Shown here piece after piece: positions 37,613 through 47,555 of a stretch of 64,000 nt of DNA. The notes under the pieces were generated by a model. The model searched no databases, had not been told where the DNA came from, and worked only from the letters and a program-made list of their open reading frames with translations. The number at the start of each line of letters is the position of its first letter. Positions within the stretch are counted from its first letter, which is position 1. The stretch is taken from assembly GCA_040285825.1 (NCBI GenBank), contig JAUPSS010000010.1, forward strand, positions 496,001 to 560,000, in the 5' to 3' direction. A program made the translations under genes and the position numbers. This DNA is from Eukaryota sp. TZLM1-RC. Its lineage: Eukaryota > Protista > Metamonada: BaSk clade.

Positions 37613-37970
37613 AAAAACTAAAAAAATACAATGAACCTTTGTCCAAATTGGCCAGACTACAGCATGCAAAATACAATTTGTATCCATTTGTATTTTCCCT
37701 TTTTGGTTCACTTGCACCAACTGCTTTACGTTTTTTGGATGATTTTGAATTGATTGTCAAGAGAAGAACTGGGAGAAATTTCAACAGATTGTTTTGGCAA
37801 AATAGAATTGTGTTTTCTATTTTTAAGGGGATGTTGAAGATGGTTTCTGATGCTTTGCTGTCTCTTGGTTCTCACTATGAGAGAGTTGCATCTAGTGTTT
37901 TTGTTTTGGGAGAGATGGATTTTTAGATGTTGATTTATAGGTTTTGAATAAAATTAAAATTAAATAAAAA
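37613..37970 (+). mobile_element. Family A 3' end with A-rich tail
   Basis: KKYNEPL...FWQNRIVFSIF...GEMDF; AATAAA and A-tail abutting the last codons of B. Confidence 0.85.
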
Positions 37971-39806
37971 AAATATCCTCAATACACGCATCAACATCAT
38001 CAAATCTTTTCAGCGCGCGATTTTCATACTCTATTCCCAATTGTAACAGTGCTTTGGTCAACATTTCTGGAATTGCTTTAAGAATAGTAAAAACAATTCT
38101 ATTGTGCCAGAAATTGAAGTTCAATTCTTTTCCTGCTCTTTCTTTTATTAAACTTCTGAAACCTTCAAGAAATTTAATGCCAGATATTCCAATGTTACCA
38201 AAAAGAGAAACAGCAAATGGAACCAACTGATACTTGACATGCTCAACACGTCCTAACTGAGATAAGGGTTCATTGTACTTTTTGATTTTGCTCTTTTCAG
38301 CAAAGCAAAGTGGAGTTTCATCTCTTTTAGCAAAATCAATTGCTGAGTCTTTACAAACATCAACAGTAACAACATCAACAACTTTAATAACCCCATCAGA
38401 CGCAGGGGTAATTAAATCAGCACGGCGTTTCCCAAAAGTATTTTCATCTTCATTTTCAGATGACAACCTTCGCACAAGTGGTTCAACAAAAGCTTCAATG
38501 TGATGACTTTTGCACATAGCGTATAGTTGGTCTCTAACAGCATCGTGAACAACTGAGCGATATGTAATATTAAATTTGCAATTAAGTAAATGATTCAGAT
38601 TAATGAGCTGACCACAACGACAAATCAAATCATTTGGCACACTACATGGCCACAGAAAACACCTCATCCTGAAGGCAGTTGTCCATTGATGATCATTTAA
38701 TAATAGACCATATACATTTGGAATCTGGGAAATAAGACAACTTGAGCTACTTTCCTTAAGGTCAATTAAAAAGTTTGCAAAAACGGGATTATTTTCTTTA
38801 GCCAAGCTAAGACGAACAGTGAAATCCAAGTTTTCAAAAACTTTTAATATCTGTTTCTGCAATTTAGCAAATGTGGAGCTGGTTTGACATTATCACATTT
38901 ATTTAATTGTAATAGATTTATTTCCTATCGTTCTACGTTGCATGATGCAGTCAGAGATCAAATCCATGCAATGTGTAATTCCTATCATATTGAATCTTTT
39001 GTAGAACCTTTGTTGAGGTCTCTTGATATAAATGAAAGCGTAAGAGATTCAGAATATGGAAAGCGACGTGCTGATGTTGTTGTGCCCTCGTTTGATGATG
39101 TCATGAATGTTGTTGATGTCGTAACAGTGGATGTTTGCAAGAAAAATGCCTTGAAAAATGCTCAATCTGAAGTATCCCCCCTTGATGACTCCGAATTGTA
39201 CAAACGGAAAAAATATGCAAATCCTTTAAAAGAATTGAAACATGTTCGCCATGTAGATTACCAAATTTGCCCATTTGCTATATCGTTGTATGGTCGTCTT
39301 GGAAAAACTGCTATGAATTTTATTGATGATTTTGAAAATCTTGTGAAAAGAAGAATGAATAAGCGTTTTGATCGTCGCTTGTGGCTAAATCGTATTGTTT
39401 TTACTATTTTCAAATCAATTCCTAAAATGATTTCGAAAGCTTTGATGTCTGTCAGTGCACATTACGAAGAAATTGCTGTTGTGAGGTTTGATGGTGTGGA
39501 AGCTTGTTTTGAAGATATTGACTTTTAGACTGTAGTTTAACAATAAATTAAAATAAAATAAAAAAAAATAAAAGCAATTTAGCATATGCAAATTTCAAGG
39601 AAATCAAACTCCTGGGTGGAATTTCTTGAATATCAGCAGGAAAGCATTTGGACCATATGTGAGGAGAGATGCATTCAATTTCACTCTGCAAGGACACTAA
39701 ATAGTCACTAACACAACATTCTATTAAATGCTGGTTTTCAGGAAAACGTTTCAAAAATTCAAAGACGAAATTTTTTCCTCCACCGATGAATGCGGCTTTA
39801 CACAAA
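37971..39806 (-). mobile_element. Non-LTR family B (thumb plus RLE), interrupted by C
   Basis: CRC..HLLNC, RSVVHDAVRD, RRAD, EKSKIKKY; frame resumes at 39574 after the TSD. Confidence 0.9.
38859..39584 (+). mobile_element. 5'-truncated family C inserted antisense in B, 11-bp TSD
   Basis: GCAATTTAGCA at 38859-38869 and 39574-39584; A-tail; ends ACFEDIDF-stop. Confidence 0.92.
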
Positions 39807-40223
39807 TATTTTATTTTTATTCAACAACAAATATGAAATACACAATTAAAACTCGACATCCTCAAAACCTGCCTCCCCTACATCAAAACAATTGATTGCT
39901 AAAGATTCAGAAAATTTCCCAGAAGAAGATAGTGAATCAGAAATTAGTTTTACCATTCCCTTAAAAATAGAAAATACAATCCTGTTTTGCCAGTAAACAC
40001 GATTGAAAATTCTTCCAGTTCTTTCCTTTACAACTACAACAAAATCCTCAAGGAAAGCCATAGCAGCCTTACCTAGAGATCCAAGCAAAGAAAAAACAAA
40101 TGGACATAAATTATATTGGGCATGAGAATTTTCATTAACCGAGGAAATGGGTTTCGCATATTTAGCAACTTTATATTTTTCGCCTGCAAGAAGAGGATTA
40201 TTTACATCCGAGTTAATGAGATG

Positions 40224-40394
40224 TGTTGGCTTTAGTGCACGTTGGTTTTCCATAAACGAATAAAAACAGATGTTTATAGAACAGAGGTAGAAAATCAAAG
40301 CTATATTAAACAAAAACGAATTTAAACTAAAGATGACGTGATACATCACGTCATACTTTCCAAAATAGGCAGGAGGAGTTTAGCCTGGCTAACA
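40224..40394 (-). repeat. 3' LTR
   Basis: 171 bp; I count 2 mismatches to 47385-47555. Confidence 0.95.
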
Positions 40395-41567
40395 CTGCCT
40401 CTTCTTCTTTCTTTTTCGTTGTTTCTTAGCAGGAGGATCGGATAGTTTCACATACCTAGAATAGGCGGAAGTATTCTTTATGGATGAGACAGGTTGTTTG
40501 GTGGTAGTCCCATCAGACCACAAAACGGTAGCTAGATTACTCGAGATGTCAAGAATAGCGTCCAGGAAGGTCTCTCCAGAATCTGCAGCGGCATAGGCAT
40601 CTAGAACAGCGGGCGGCAAGGAAGAGTAACAAGGCTTAATGAGATGTACTGAAGTTTTCAAGGAAGAGCGGGTAACCGGATTCAGAACAAGAAGGGAACT
40701 AGGGGATAAGATCTTCTGCACGATGTAGGGTCCGACATAATGACCATGGAGTTTGTCTGGCTTCTCGCGCAGAACAAAGACTCGGTCGTTTACCTGAGGA
40801 CGATAAGAGGGCTCGGGCATATCGACAGTAGATTGATCAAGGGACTGGCCTACAGCTTCCCAGGAAGAGATAAGCTTCTCTGTCAACTTATGCAGGTGTT
40901 CGATGAATTCTGGTGTATCAGCAGGCAAGGAATGGGAGGCAAAGGAAGTCAATAGCTGGTTGGGCAGGAGACGAGGAGAGGTGTCAGATCCGAAGATTAG
41001 ACTATATGGAGAGGCGTTCAGAGCTTTCCTTTCTTGTGAGTTCAATACCATCTGGCAGAGGGGAACGTAATCAGACCAGTTATGATAATCGGAGAAGTCA
41101 AGCAGCATACGTCGGATGACTTGAAGAAAACTTCGGTGTTGGCGTTCTACTAACCCATTAGATTGATGGTAGTGAGGTAAGGATTGGGTATGTTCTACGT
41201 TCAGGAATTGGCATAGTAGACTGAATATCTTGTTGGCGAATTCGGGACCGTTATCGGAGTGTATGCATCGTGGAGCACCAAAAACGGAGTAAACAGAGGA
41301 GATTAGGGAGTTGGCTACGGTTAATGCTTTAAGGTCTTTTGTAGGGACTAGGATACTGAACTTGGAGAATGCATCAACAAAATGAACAATATATCGGTAA
41401 CCATAGGAGTCAACGGGCAGGGGGCCAATGGAATCGCAGTGGATGCTTTCAAATGGGCGGCGAACGGAATTCAAAGATCCAGTGGAGGAAATCAATGTCT
41501 TAGGAACGGGGGCAGTCTTTTGGCAAGGGATACATGTATTGATGTGGGTTTGGAGGTCGCTTCGCAT
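40389..41567 (-). CDS. Integrase (zinc-finger C-half, DDE core, GPY/F, chromodomain-like tail)
   Basis: CIPCQ, HCDSIGPLP, DAFSKF, SDNGPEF, SNGLVER, VGPY, AILD...VLWSDG; separated from upstream pol by a 1-nt frameshift near 41578. Confidence 0.9.
   Translation of the reverse strand: MRSDLQTHINTCIPCQKTAPVPKTLISSTGSLNSVRRPFESIHCDSIGPLPVDSYGYRYIVHFVDAFSKFSILVPTKDLKALTVANSLISSVYSVFGAPRCIHSDNGPEFANKIFSLLCQFLNVEHTQSLPHYHQSNGLVERQHRSFLQVIRRMLLDFSDYHNWSDYVPLCQMVLNSQERKALNASPYSLIFGSDTSPRLLPNQLLTSFASHSLPADTPEFIEHLHKLTEKLISSWEAVGQSLDQSTVDMPEPSYRPQVNDRVFVLREKPDKLHGHYVGPYIVQKILSPSSLLVLNPVTRSSLKTSVHLIKPCYSSLPPAVLDAYAAADSGETFLDAILDISSNLATVLWSDGTTTKQPVSSIKNTSAYSRYVKLSDPPAKKQRKRKKKRQC
40395..40417 (-). promoter_or_regulatory. 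Polypurine tract
   Basis: GAAAAAGAAAGAAGAAGAGGCAG immediately before the 3' LTR. Confidence 0.8.
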
Positions 41568-44500
41568 GTTGGGCCAGTGAAGTCAGACTGTTGGAGGGAC
41601 TTCCAACATTGAGCGAAAGGAGGATGTCCGGCTTCGGTGGATCCGTGAACCAGAAGGAGGATCTCGGATCGAAGAGAAGGCGGAACCAAGATCTTATTGG
41701 ATCGGGTTAGTTTTAAACCCAGTTGAGGTTCAATCTTACAATCATCAAACAGGGGGTCACTATCGGGGATCTTTTGTTGTTCCTTGAATAACTTGTCAAG
41801 GAATGAACGGGCGGGTGAGTTTCGGACAAGGGGATTGTTGATCAAATCGGAACTGGCAGGAGATTCAGATAGGGAATGAACCAAGGCAGCAACGTAGTGA
41901 GAGTCGGAATCAGAGGAAATCTCAATCATGGCGGAATCGGAACTGAATCTACGATCACGTTCATCATCTTCGGACATGAACTGGGAACGGAGGAAACGGG
42001 GATGATCGAACACTTCCGGGTGAAGTTCAAATATCTCTCTGCGGGTAGGCAAGTGGAACTGGGAACTAGGAAGGTAGTAAGTGGGGAGATCGTCTGAAGA
42101 GCGGTTGATGTCTATGAAGGCCTGACGACCATCTCTATAACTAATGATTTCGAGAACTTTATCTCGAATAATGAAGTCGAGACGACAGCGGTATTGAGTA
42201 GGGCTGTCAAACAGCAGGGAACGGATGTCCACGAAGTGAGAGCAGACCTGAGAAGTTTCTAGCATGAATCGGGGTTCATCTTCGGTTCCAAGGACTGAGT
42301 GATAGTCCAGCGGCAAATAGTGGTAGTGAATTCCTCTATCACGAGGGTCTATTCGATGACTATAAACCATCTCCAGGCAAGGAATGGCTATGGGACAGGG
42401 AGTGACCTCGTCATCGTCGTAATGGTAGACGGAGTGGATCTCAGGCTTGATTAGGCAAAGGGGAATGAAGGAAGTGATATCTCGAGATGAGGGTAAGGTG
42501 TCGTCGACGTAAAAGGGGTCAGGGAGAGGTTGGTGATCGGTTAAAGCGGGGCGTCTAGGGGTAGGTCTCAGGTCAGAGTATGTCAGAGCGGTAGGGAGTA
42601 AGCAAAAATCATATAGTTGTTCACCAAAGGGGGTACCAGTATGAGTATCAGGAGTCCAAGGGAAATGATCACATTTAGGGGAGTTTGGACATTTTCTGGG
42701 GCTGCAAGGAGGAGGGGTTGAATCATGAAAGCAGCGGCTATTTTGGTTGGCACGCTTCCACAGGTTGGGGAAATATAACGGCGGTGGATCCTTATTCAGA
42801 TGCGATTGATTGATTAGAAGGTGGTATCGGTGGGTGAGGTGGCGGTTTCTTTCCCAGTTAAAAGGGGCCATGTGAGTAGGGAGAGGAATCAAGTGGAAGA
42901 TATGCGCGTGGTCAATCAGAGAACCTAGGGTTACATTGGGATGAATATAGTTGAGGACAATAAGGTGAGCGTTCAGGGGCATAATCTTGGGAAGATAGTC
43001 TAACTGGGGCATCTTGGGATGCTGGAAGTATATGCGAGAGTTCCAGTTGGCCTGTTGAATCAAATCGTTAACCTTGAAGTTTCTAGCATAAAGACAAAGG
43101 GGTTCAGCATCGGGATCAATAGGAGCGGACACAGGCCGAGGATCAAAAGCAGCTTTGCCAAAGTCTTTTGGAGCGAATGTGTTGTTAAATAGGAGTGGTA
43201 AATCGGTTGAGAGGACAAAGAAGCGGGCGGAAGAGGGAGAGAGTAGCTCGTTAGGTTCAGGATTCAAATTGTATTGGATAAAGTGTTTGCTGGAGTTGAG
43301 GTAAGCAGTAACATAATGCTCAGGACGGAGAGCAGAGGGGTGATGGGTTCTACGGGCGGTATCAAAGTCAATGTCATACCAATGAGGGGAGGAGTGCGTC
43401 AGACCGTCGAGGTTCAGGTAATTCCATAATGGAGATCTAGCCGATCCTCGATGAGTCATCGTGCAGCACAGGGCGGGCGCAGGATTGTCAAAGACACTTC
43501 TGGTCTTCTTCTCTTCTTTTTCCTTCTTCTTTGAAGCAGTTTCGACATAGTTAGCCCTAGATAAGTAGTCAGCCCAGTAGTTCTTAGTTCCTTCAATGTG
43601 ATCACAGTCGAAGGAGAAGGACTGAAGGACGGGGATCCATCGGAGAACAACTCGATTGTTGTCGGGGCAAGAGAACAAATAGGCAAGGTTCTTGTGATCG
43701 CAGAAAATGGTTAGGTGCTTAGTCAGAAGATATGACGAGAGATTGGGTTGGTTCAACGTCATAACTATAGCGAAAAGCTCTTTCTGAAGGGTGGACCATC
43801 GCTGTTGTGAAGGAGTCAGAATACGTGAGTAGAAAGACACGGGCATTACCTTGCGTTTTGAAAGGCAGGTTGCTGGGGGGCAAGGTTCTAACTCTTTCCA
43901 GACAATACCAGCGATAGCTTTGTCAGATGCGTCGGTGGACACAAGAATTGTGTCATCTGGGTCAGGTAAGGCGAGAGGAAGGCTATTAATCACCATTTCC
44001 TTGATATTGTTGAAGCATTGGAGTTCTCGAGGTCCTAACTTGATGCGTTTAGGTTTGTTCTTCAATAGCGCAGTTAAGGGGGCAAGTTCTTTGGATACAG
44101 AGGGGAGCCAGTCACGGAGAAAATTGATCGAGCCAGTGAAGGATTGGAGTTCGGGGTCGGAAGTCGGAGGGGCTAGGTTACGTACGGTTTCAATCTTAGA
44201 GGGATCGATGCGGCGCTTTCCATCTTCAAAGATGGTTCCGAGTATCTTGATAGGATGTCGGTCGGTCTGGAAGGAACACTTGTGAAGACCGATTCTCACA
44301 CGATAACGGCGAGCACGAGACAAGATGTAGTCTATTCTTTGTAAGAAGGCTTCTTTCGTTGAGGCGGCTACGATGATATCATCCATATAGATGAATACTC
44401 CTTCAGAGTCAAAAATACCTTTCATGAGGTTTTGAAACACAGCAGGAACATTCTTTAGACCAAAAGCAGCACGAGTGTATTTGATCTTTCTTCCGGGGAT

Positions 44501-46969
44501 GGCTATGGCCGATTTCTCTTGATCGTCGGGATGCAGATTTAACTGCCAGAAGGCTTTTGGCAAATCCAGGGTGGCAATGTATTTATTACCAGAGAGGAAC
44601 TCACAGACATCAGAAATCTTGGGCAAATCGGCTGGAACAGGGACAGTTAGGTCGTTGATGCCTCCAGCACCGGAGTAATCTCCAGTTAGACGAGGAGGTT
44701 TTCCAGGGCGTTGGACAAGACATATGGGTGAGCTCCAGGGTCCATCATAGGGCACAGCAAAACCATTGTTTACGAGCACGTCCATTTCTTCGTTGGCAAC
44801 CTTTAGCTTATCCGGGGACAGGTAACGGAATTTCTTAGAAACAATCTTGGATTCATCGTGGAAAGGAATGCGCATCGGTGGACAGTCTATACCCTCAGGG
44901 GCTGGAAGCTTTGAAAATACTTCTGGGTATTTGAACAATAAATCTTTGATCGAAGTTTCCAGAGCAGGGTCGTTCAGCAGAAACGAGGTTTTGTCCAGAT
45001 CAGGGAGAGCGGAGAGAGCAGAGACTCGGTCAGACGGAGGAATGAACAGATCAGGGATTGATTCATCTTCCATTAACTGATAATTTTTATCAGATAGATT
45101 AAGGAAGAGGTAGTCATTGGTTAGGATGCCTAGCCTTTTGAGGAGGTCGCAACCAATGATACATGAATTCTGGCAAGGGAGTACAGCAAGGGTTACGTCG
45201 ATAAAGGTGAGCTTAGCGGCGCCTCCAAGAGAGAAGGCGAGCTTTCCAGAAACAAGGGGGCAGACAACTTTAGTCCGATCAGCTAGTCCTACTTCAAGGG
45301 AGTTATTCGTGGGTTGGAGCTTGGCCTTTTTGGTTAGATCTTCAGAGATACAAGAGATAGTGGCTCCAGTGTCTACCATTCCGTACAGGAAGGTCTGTTC
45401 ATCGACTAAGATCTTCAAGTGGAGCAGCTTCTTGTCTACAGGCTTGTTGAGTTCTTTCTCAAATATTGAGATCGTAGGCTTAGCGAGGGAGTCGTCCTTC
45501 TTGAACAGTTCCTTAGATCCTTTGGTCTTGTTCTTAGAGCGTTTCTTGGTTAATTCAGAGGCATCATGCGTTACTCCACCGTCGGCGTAAGCACAGTCGG
45601 CGTGGACCAGCCCAGACTCAGTGTCGAGGTCGGGATTAGCTTCCAACGACAAAGAGTCTATGTTACGGGAGGGAGCCTTTCCTGGCGGTTCCACATGAGA
45701 TGAGCCTGAGGAAACTTTCGAAACTAACTCGTTAGAATTAGACACTGGATTGGGGGATAGTTCAGAGGAGGATGAAGGAGATCGAGAGATAAGAGCGTGA
45801 TTGGCATCTACATCAGGAGGGGCTAATGAATCTAAGTTGTCGAAGAGTTCTTGAAACTCTTGAGCGTCAGAGAATGACAGGGAGGGTGTTGAGCTTCTGG
45901 ATGTTGAAGGAGATGTCGAGTAGCTATAAAGGTTTATTGAAGAGAATGGGTTGAGGGTCACACTATAAGAATCATTGTCAGAACTAGAGGAGGATGAGAA
46001 CATTACTCCATGCGGGAAGATGCTCTCGACGGCAGTATCTTCTTTCAAGGCAGACTGGATCGAATCAACGATAGAATTAACTTGAGGTTCTTCAGGGTTG
46101 GCGTCAGTTACTTGGTTGACATGGCGGCGAAGGTTGTGCTTTCTTTGGAGGGTAGGATTGTTTCCATATTTTCGAGGTTTGCTGGCTTTGCATCCAGGTT
46201 TTGGGCAGTCCTTCACCATATGGCCGGGCTCCTTGCAATAAAAGCAAGTTATGGGAGACGGAGACTTCTGAGGAGAGAAATATTTCTGCTCAGAACGAGG
46301 ACTTTGACGGGAAGGCGAAGACTTGGGGGTGGAGCGGACGGAATAAGACTTGTTGGCAGAGCGGTGGGCCTGGGGAGTTCGAGAATTCTGACGAGAGGGT
46401 TGAGATCTAGGAGGAGGAGGGTTTGGGCCATGCAGAGTATAGTAAGCAGAGTACGGGAGGTGATAGGAAGGGAGAAGTTGACGGAGGCGAGAGACTAAGG
46501 AGGAGAAGCTATCAATAGAGCCAGTTTCTACGTCGGTTCGGATGATAAAGCGGAGTCTCTCGGGACGTATTCCATTCGTAAAGAACTTCATACGAGCAGA
46601 TTCAGGTAGTTCGGAGGGACAGAGTCGGAGTTTCTTGAGGAAGGCAGAGATGTAAGAAGTGATGGCTTCTTCAGCGGTAGGAGCGGACAGATTAAGTTTC
46701 AGAGATTGGAGCTTATGATAAGCCTCAGCAGAGTCTTCAAAACGGCAAAAGGATAACAAGTGGGAAAGAACGGCTTCAGGGTCGTTGGGATCGATTCCTT
46801 CGAAGATCTCGAAGGTCTCTAACACTACAGGGGCAATAGTACATAACACATACGGCAGCATAGCTTGGTGAAGCTGATTTTCAGAAACAAGGCGGCGCTT
46901 TTCGAAGGTAGCAACATTGGTAATATCGGAGGAGTCAGAAGGCGGGTCTTGACTTTCTTCAAAATCCAT
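41492..46969 (-). CDS. Gag-Pol polyprotein (gag, protease, RT, RNase H, unknown insert, integrase N-terminus)
   Basis: CFYCKEPGHMVKDC; MVDTGAT; LDLPKAFWQ, FGLKN, IYMDD; TDASD, KELFAI, DHKNL, WADYLSR; H..GH. Confidence 0.93.
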   Translation of the reverse strand: MDFEESQDPPSDSSDITNVATFEKRRLVSENQLHQAMLPYVLCTIAPVVLETFEIFEGIDPNDPEAVLSHLLSFCRFEDSAEAYHKLQSLKLNLSAPTAEEAITSYISAFLKKLRLCPSELPESARMKFFTNGIRPERLRFIIRTDVETGSIDSFSSLVSRLRQLLPSYHLPYSAYYTLHGPNPPPPRSQPSRQNSRTPQAHRSANKSYSVRSTPKSSPSRQSPRSEQKYFSPQKSPSPITCFYCKEPGHMVKDCPKPGCKASKPRKYGNNPTLQRKHNLRRHVNQVTDANPEEPQVNSIVDSIQSALKEDTAVESIFPHGVMFSSSSSSDNDSYSVTLNPFSSINLYSYSTSPSTSRSSTPSLSFSDAQEFQELFDNLDSLAPPDVDANHALISRSPSSSSELSPNPVSNSNELVSKVSSGSSHVEPPGKAPSRNIDSLSLEANPDLDTESGLVHADCAYADGGVTHDASELTKKRSKNKTKGSKELFKKDDSLAKPTISIFEKELNKPVDKKLLHLKILVDEQTFLYGMVDTGATISCISEDLTKKAKLQPTNNSLEVGLADRTKVVCPLVSGKLAFSLGGAAKLTFIDVTLAVLPCQNSCIIGCDLLKRLGILTNDYLFLNLSDKNYQLMEDESIPDLFIPPSDRVSALSALPDLDKTSFLLNDPALETSIKDLLFKYPEVFSKLPAPEGIDCPPMRIPFHDESKIVSKKFRYLSPDKLKVANEEMDVLVNNGFAVPYDGPWSSPICLVQRPGKPPRLTGDYSGAGGINDLTVPVPADLPKISDVCEFLSGNKYIATLDLPKAFWQLNLHPDDQEKSAIAIPGRKIKYTRAAFGLKNVPAVFQNLMKGIFDSEGVFIYMDDIIVAASTKEAFLQRIDYILSRARRYRVRIGLHKCSFQTDRHPIKILGTIFEDGKRRIDPSKIETVRNLAPPTSDPELQSFTGSINFLRDWLPSVSKELAPLTALLKNKPKRIKLGPRELQCFNNIKEMVINSLPLALPDPDDTILVSTDASDKAIAGIVWKELEPCPPATCLSKRKVMPVSFYSRILTPSQQRWSTLQKELFAIVMTLNQPNLSSYLLTKHLTIFCDHKNLAYLFSCPDNNRVVLRWIPVLQSFSFDCDHIEGTKNYWADYLSRANYVETASKKKEKEEKKTRSVFDNPAPALCCTMTHRGSARSPLWNYLNLDGLTHSSPHWYDIDFDTARRTHHPSALRPEHYVTAYLNSSKHFIQYNLNPEPNELLSPSSARFFVLSTDLPLLFNNTFAPKDFGKAAFDPRPVSAPIDPDAEPLCLYARNFKVNDLIQQANWNSRIYFQHPKMPQLDYLPKIMPLNAHLIVLNYIHPNVTLGSLIDHAHIFHLIPLPTHMAPFNWERNRHLTHRYHLLINQSHLNKDPPPLYFPNLWKRANQNSRCFHDSTPPPCSPRKCPNSPKCDHFPWTPDTHTGTPFGEQLYDFCLLPTALTYSDLRPTPRRPALTDHQPLPDPFYVDDTLPSSRDITSFIPLCLIKPEIHSVYHYDDDEVTPCPIAIPCLEMVYSHRIDPRDRGIHYHYLPLDYHSVLGTEDEPRFMLETSQVCSHFVDIRSLLFDSPTQYRCRLDFIIRDKVLEIISYRDGRQAFIDINRSSDDLPTYYLPSSQFHLPTRREIFELHPEVFDHPRFLRSQFMSEDDERDRRFSSDSAMIEISSDSDSHYVAALVHSLSESPASSDLINNPLVRNSPARSFLDKLFKEQQKIPDSDPLFDDCKIEPQLGLKLTRSNKILVPPSLRSEILLLVHGSTEAGHPPFAQCWKSLQQSDFTGPTCEATSKPTSIHVSLAKRLPPFLRH

Positions 46970-47009
46970 CTCGGAGGGAAGTTTGAAGTTTCGAGGGTTT
47001 AAGGTCGAA

Positions 47010-47414
47010 CTAGGTTTTTTTTGTTCTAGTGGAGACGGGGGTAGATTCGGAGGTGTCTTCAGTACTCAATTCGGAATTCTCGGTGAGAGAAAGTTGGGAT
47101 TTCAGAGCAGCGACTTCTTGAGCGAGAGCCTTGATAACTTCTCGGTCAGAATCACAGGAGGAGGACTCAGTTGCCTTCGAGCCGGAGGGAGACTGTGAGT
47201 GAGTAGAAGACGGATATCTTCTTGTCATGTCTGACGAGACATGATTGGAGGACATACGGGATGCGTACACCTTAAGCGCTTCCACATACTGGGAGATGGC
47301 TTCTCGACCAGTGTGTTGTAAATACGGAGCGACTTGAGGGTACCTGGCTACGGAGGTGGATTCTCTGGGGTCCACAGTAATTACTGTTGGTTTTAGTGCA
47401 CGTTGGTTTTCCAT
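47010..47414 (-). CDS. Gag N-terminus (ATG inside the 5' LTR; +1 shift at an A8 run to the main ORF)
   Basis: MENQRALKPT|VITVDP...PYLQHTGREAISQYVEAL; dropping one A at 47015-47022 fuses it to the 46969 frame. Confidence 0.65.
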   Translation of the reverse strand: MENQRALKPTVITVDPRESTSVARYPQVAPYLQHTGREAISQYVEALKVYASRMSSNHVSSDMTRRYPSSTHSQSPSGSKATESSSCDSDREVIKALAQEVAALKSQLSLTENSELSTEDTSESTPVSTRTKKT

Positions 47415-47555
47415 AAACGAATAAAAACAGATGTTTATAGAACAGAGGTAGAAAATCAAAGCTATATTAAACAAAAACGAATTTAAACTAAAGATGACGT
47501 GATGCATCACGTCATACTTTCCAAAATAGGCAGGAGGAGTTTAGCCTGGCTAACA
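47385..47555 (-). repeat. 5' LTR
   Basis: TGTTAG...CCAACA; contains a 22-bp palindrome at 47494-47515. Confidence 0.95.

Larger units (their letters stand above)
40224..47555 (-). mobile_element. Ty3/gypsy LTR retrotransposon, chromovirus-like, 7332 bp
   Basis: Paired 171-bp LTRs TGTT..AACA; order gag(CCHC)-PR-RT-RH-IN; imperfect 4-bp TSD GATG (40220-40223) / GTTG (47556-47559); removal restores the host LINE frame. Confidence 0.95.

Noticed and set aside
41570-47022. Programmed frameshifts in gag (A8 run) and integrase
   Set aside because: Positions fall inside gag and inside the integrase zinc finger, not at a gag/pol boundary; single-base indels or homopolymer sequencing errors are simpler and are common in this window.
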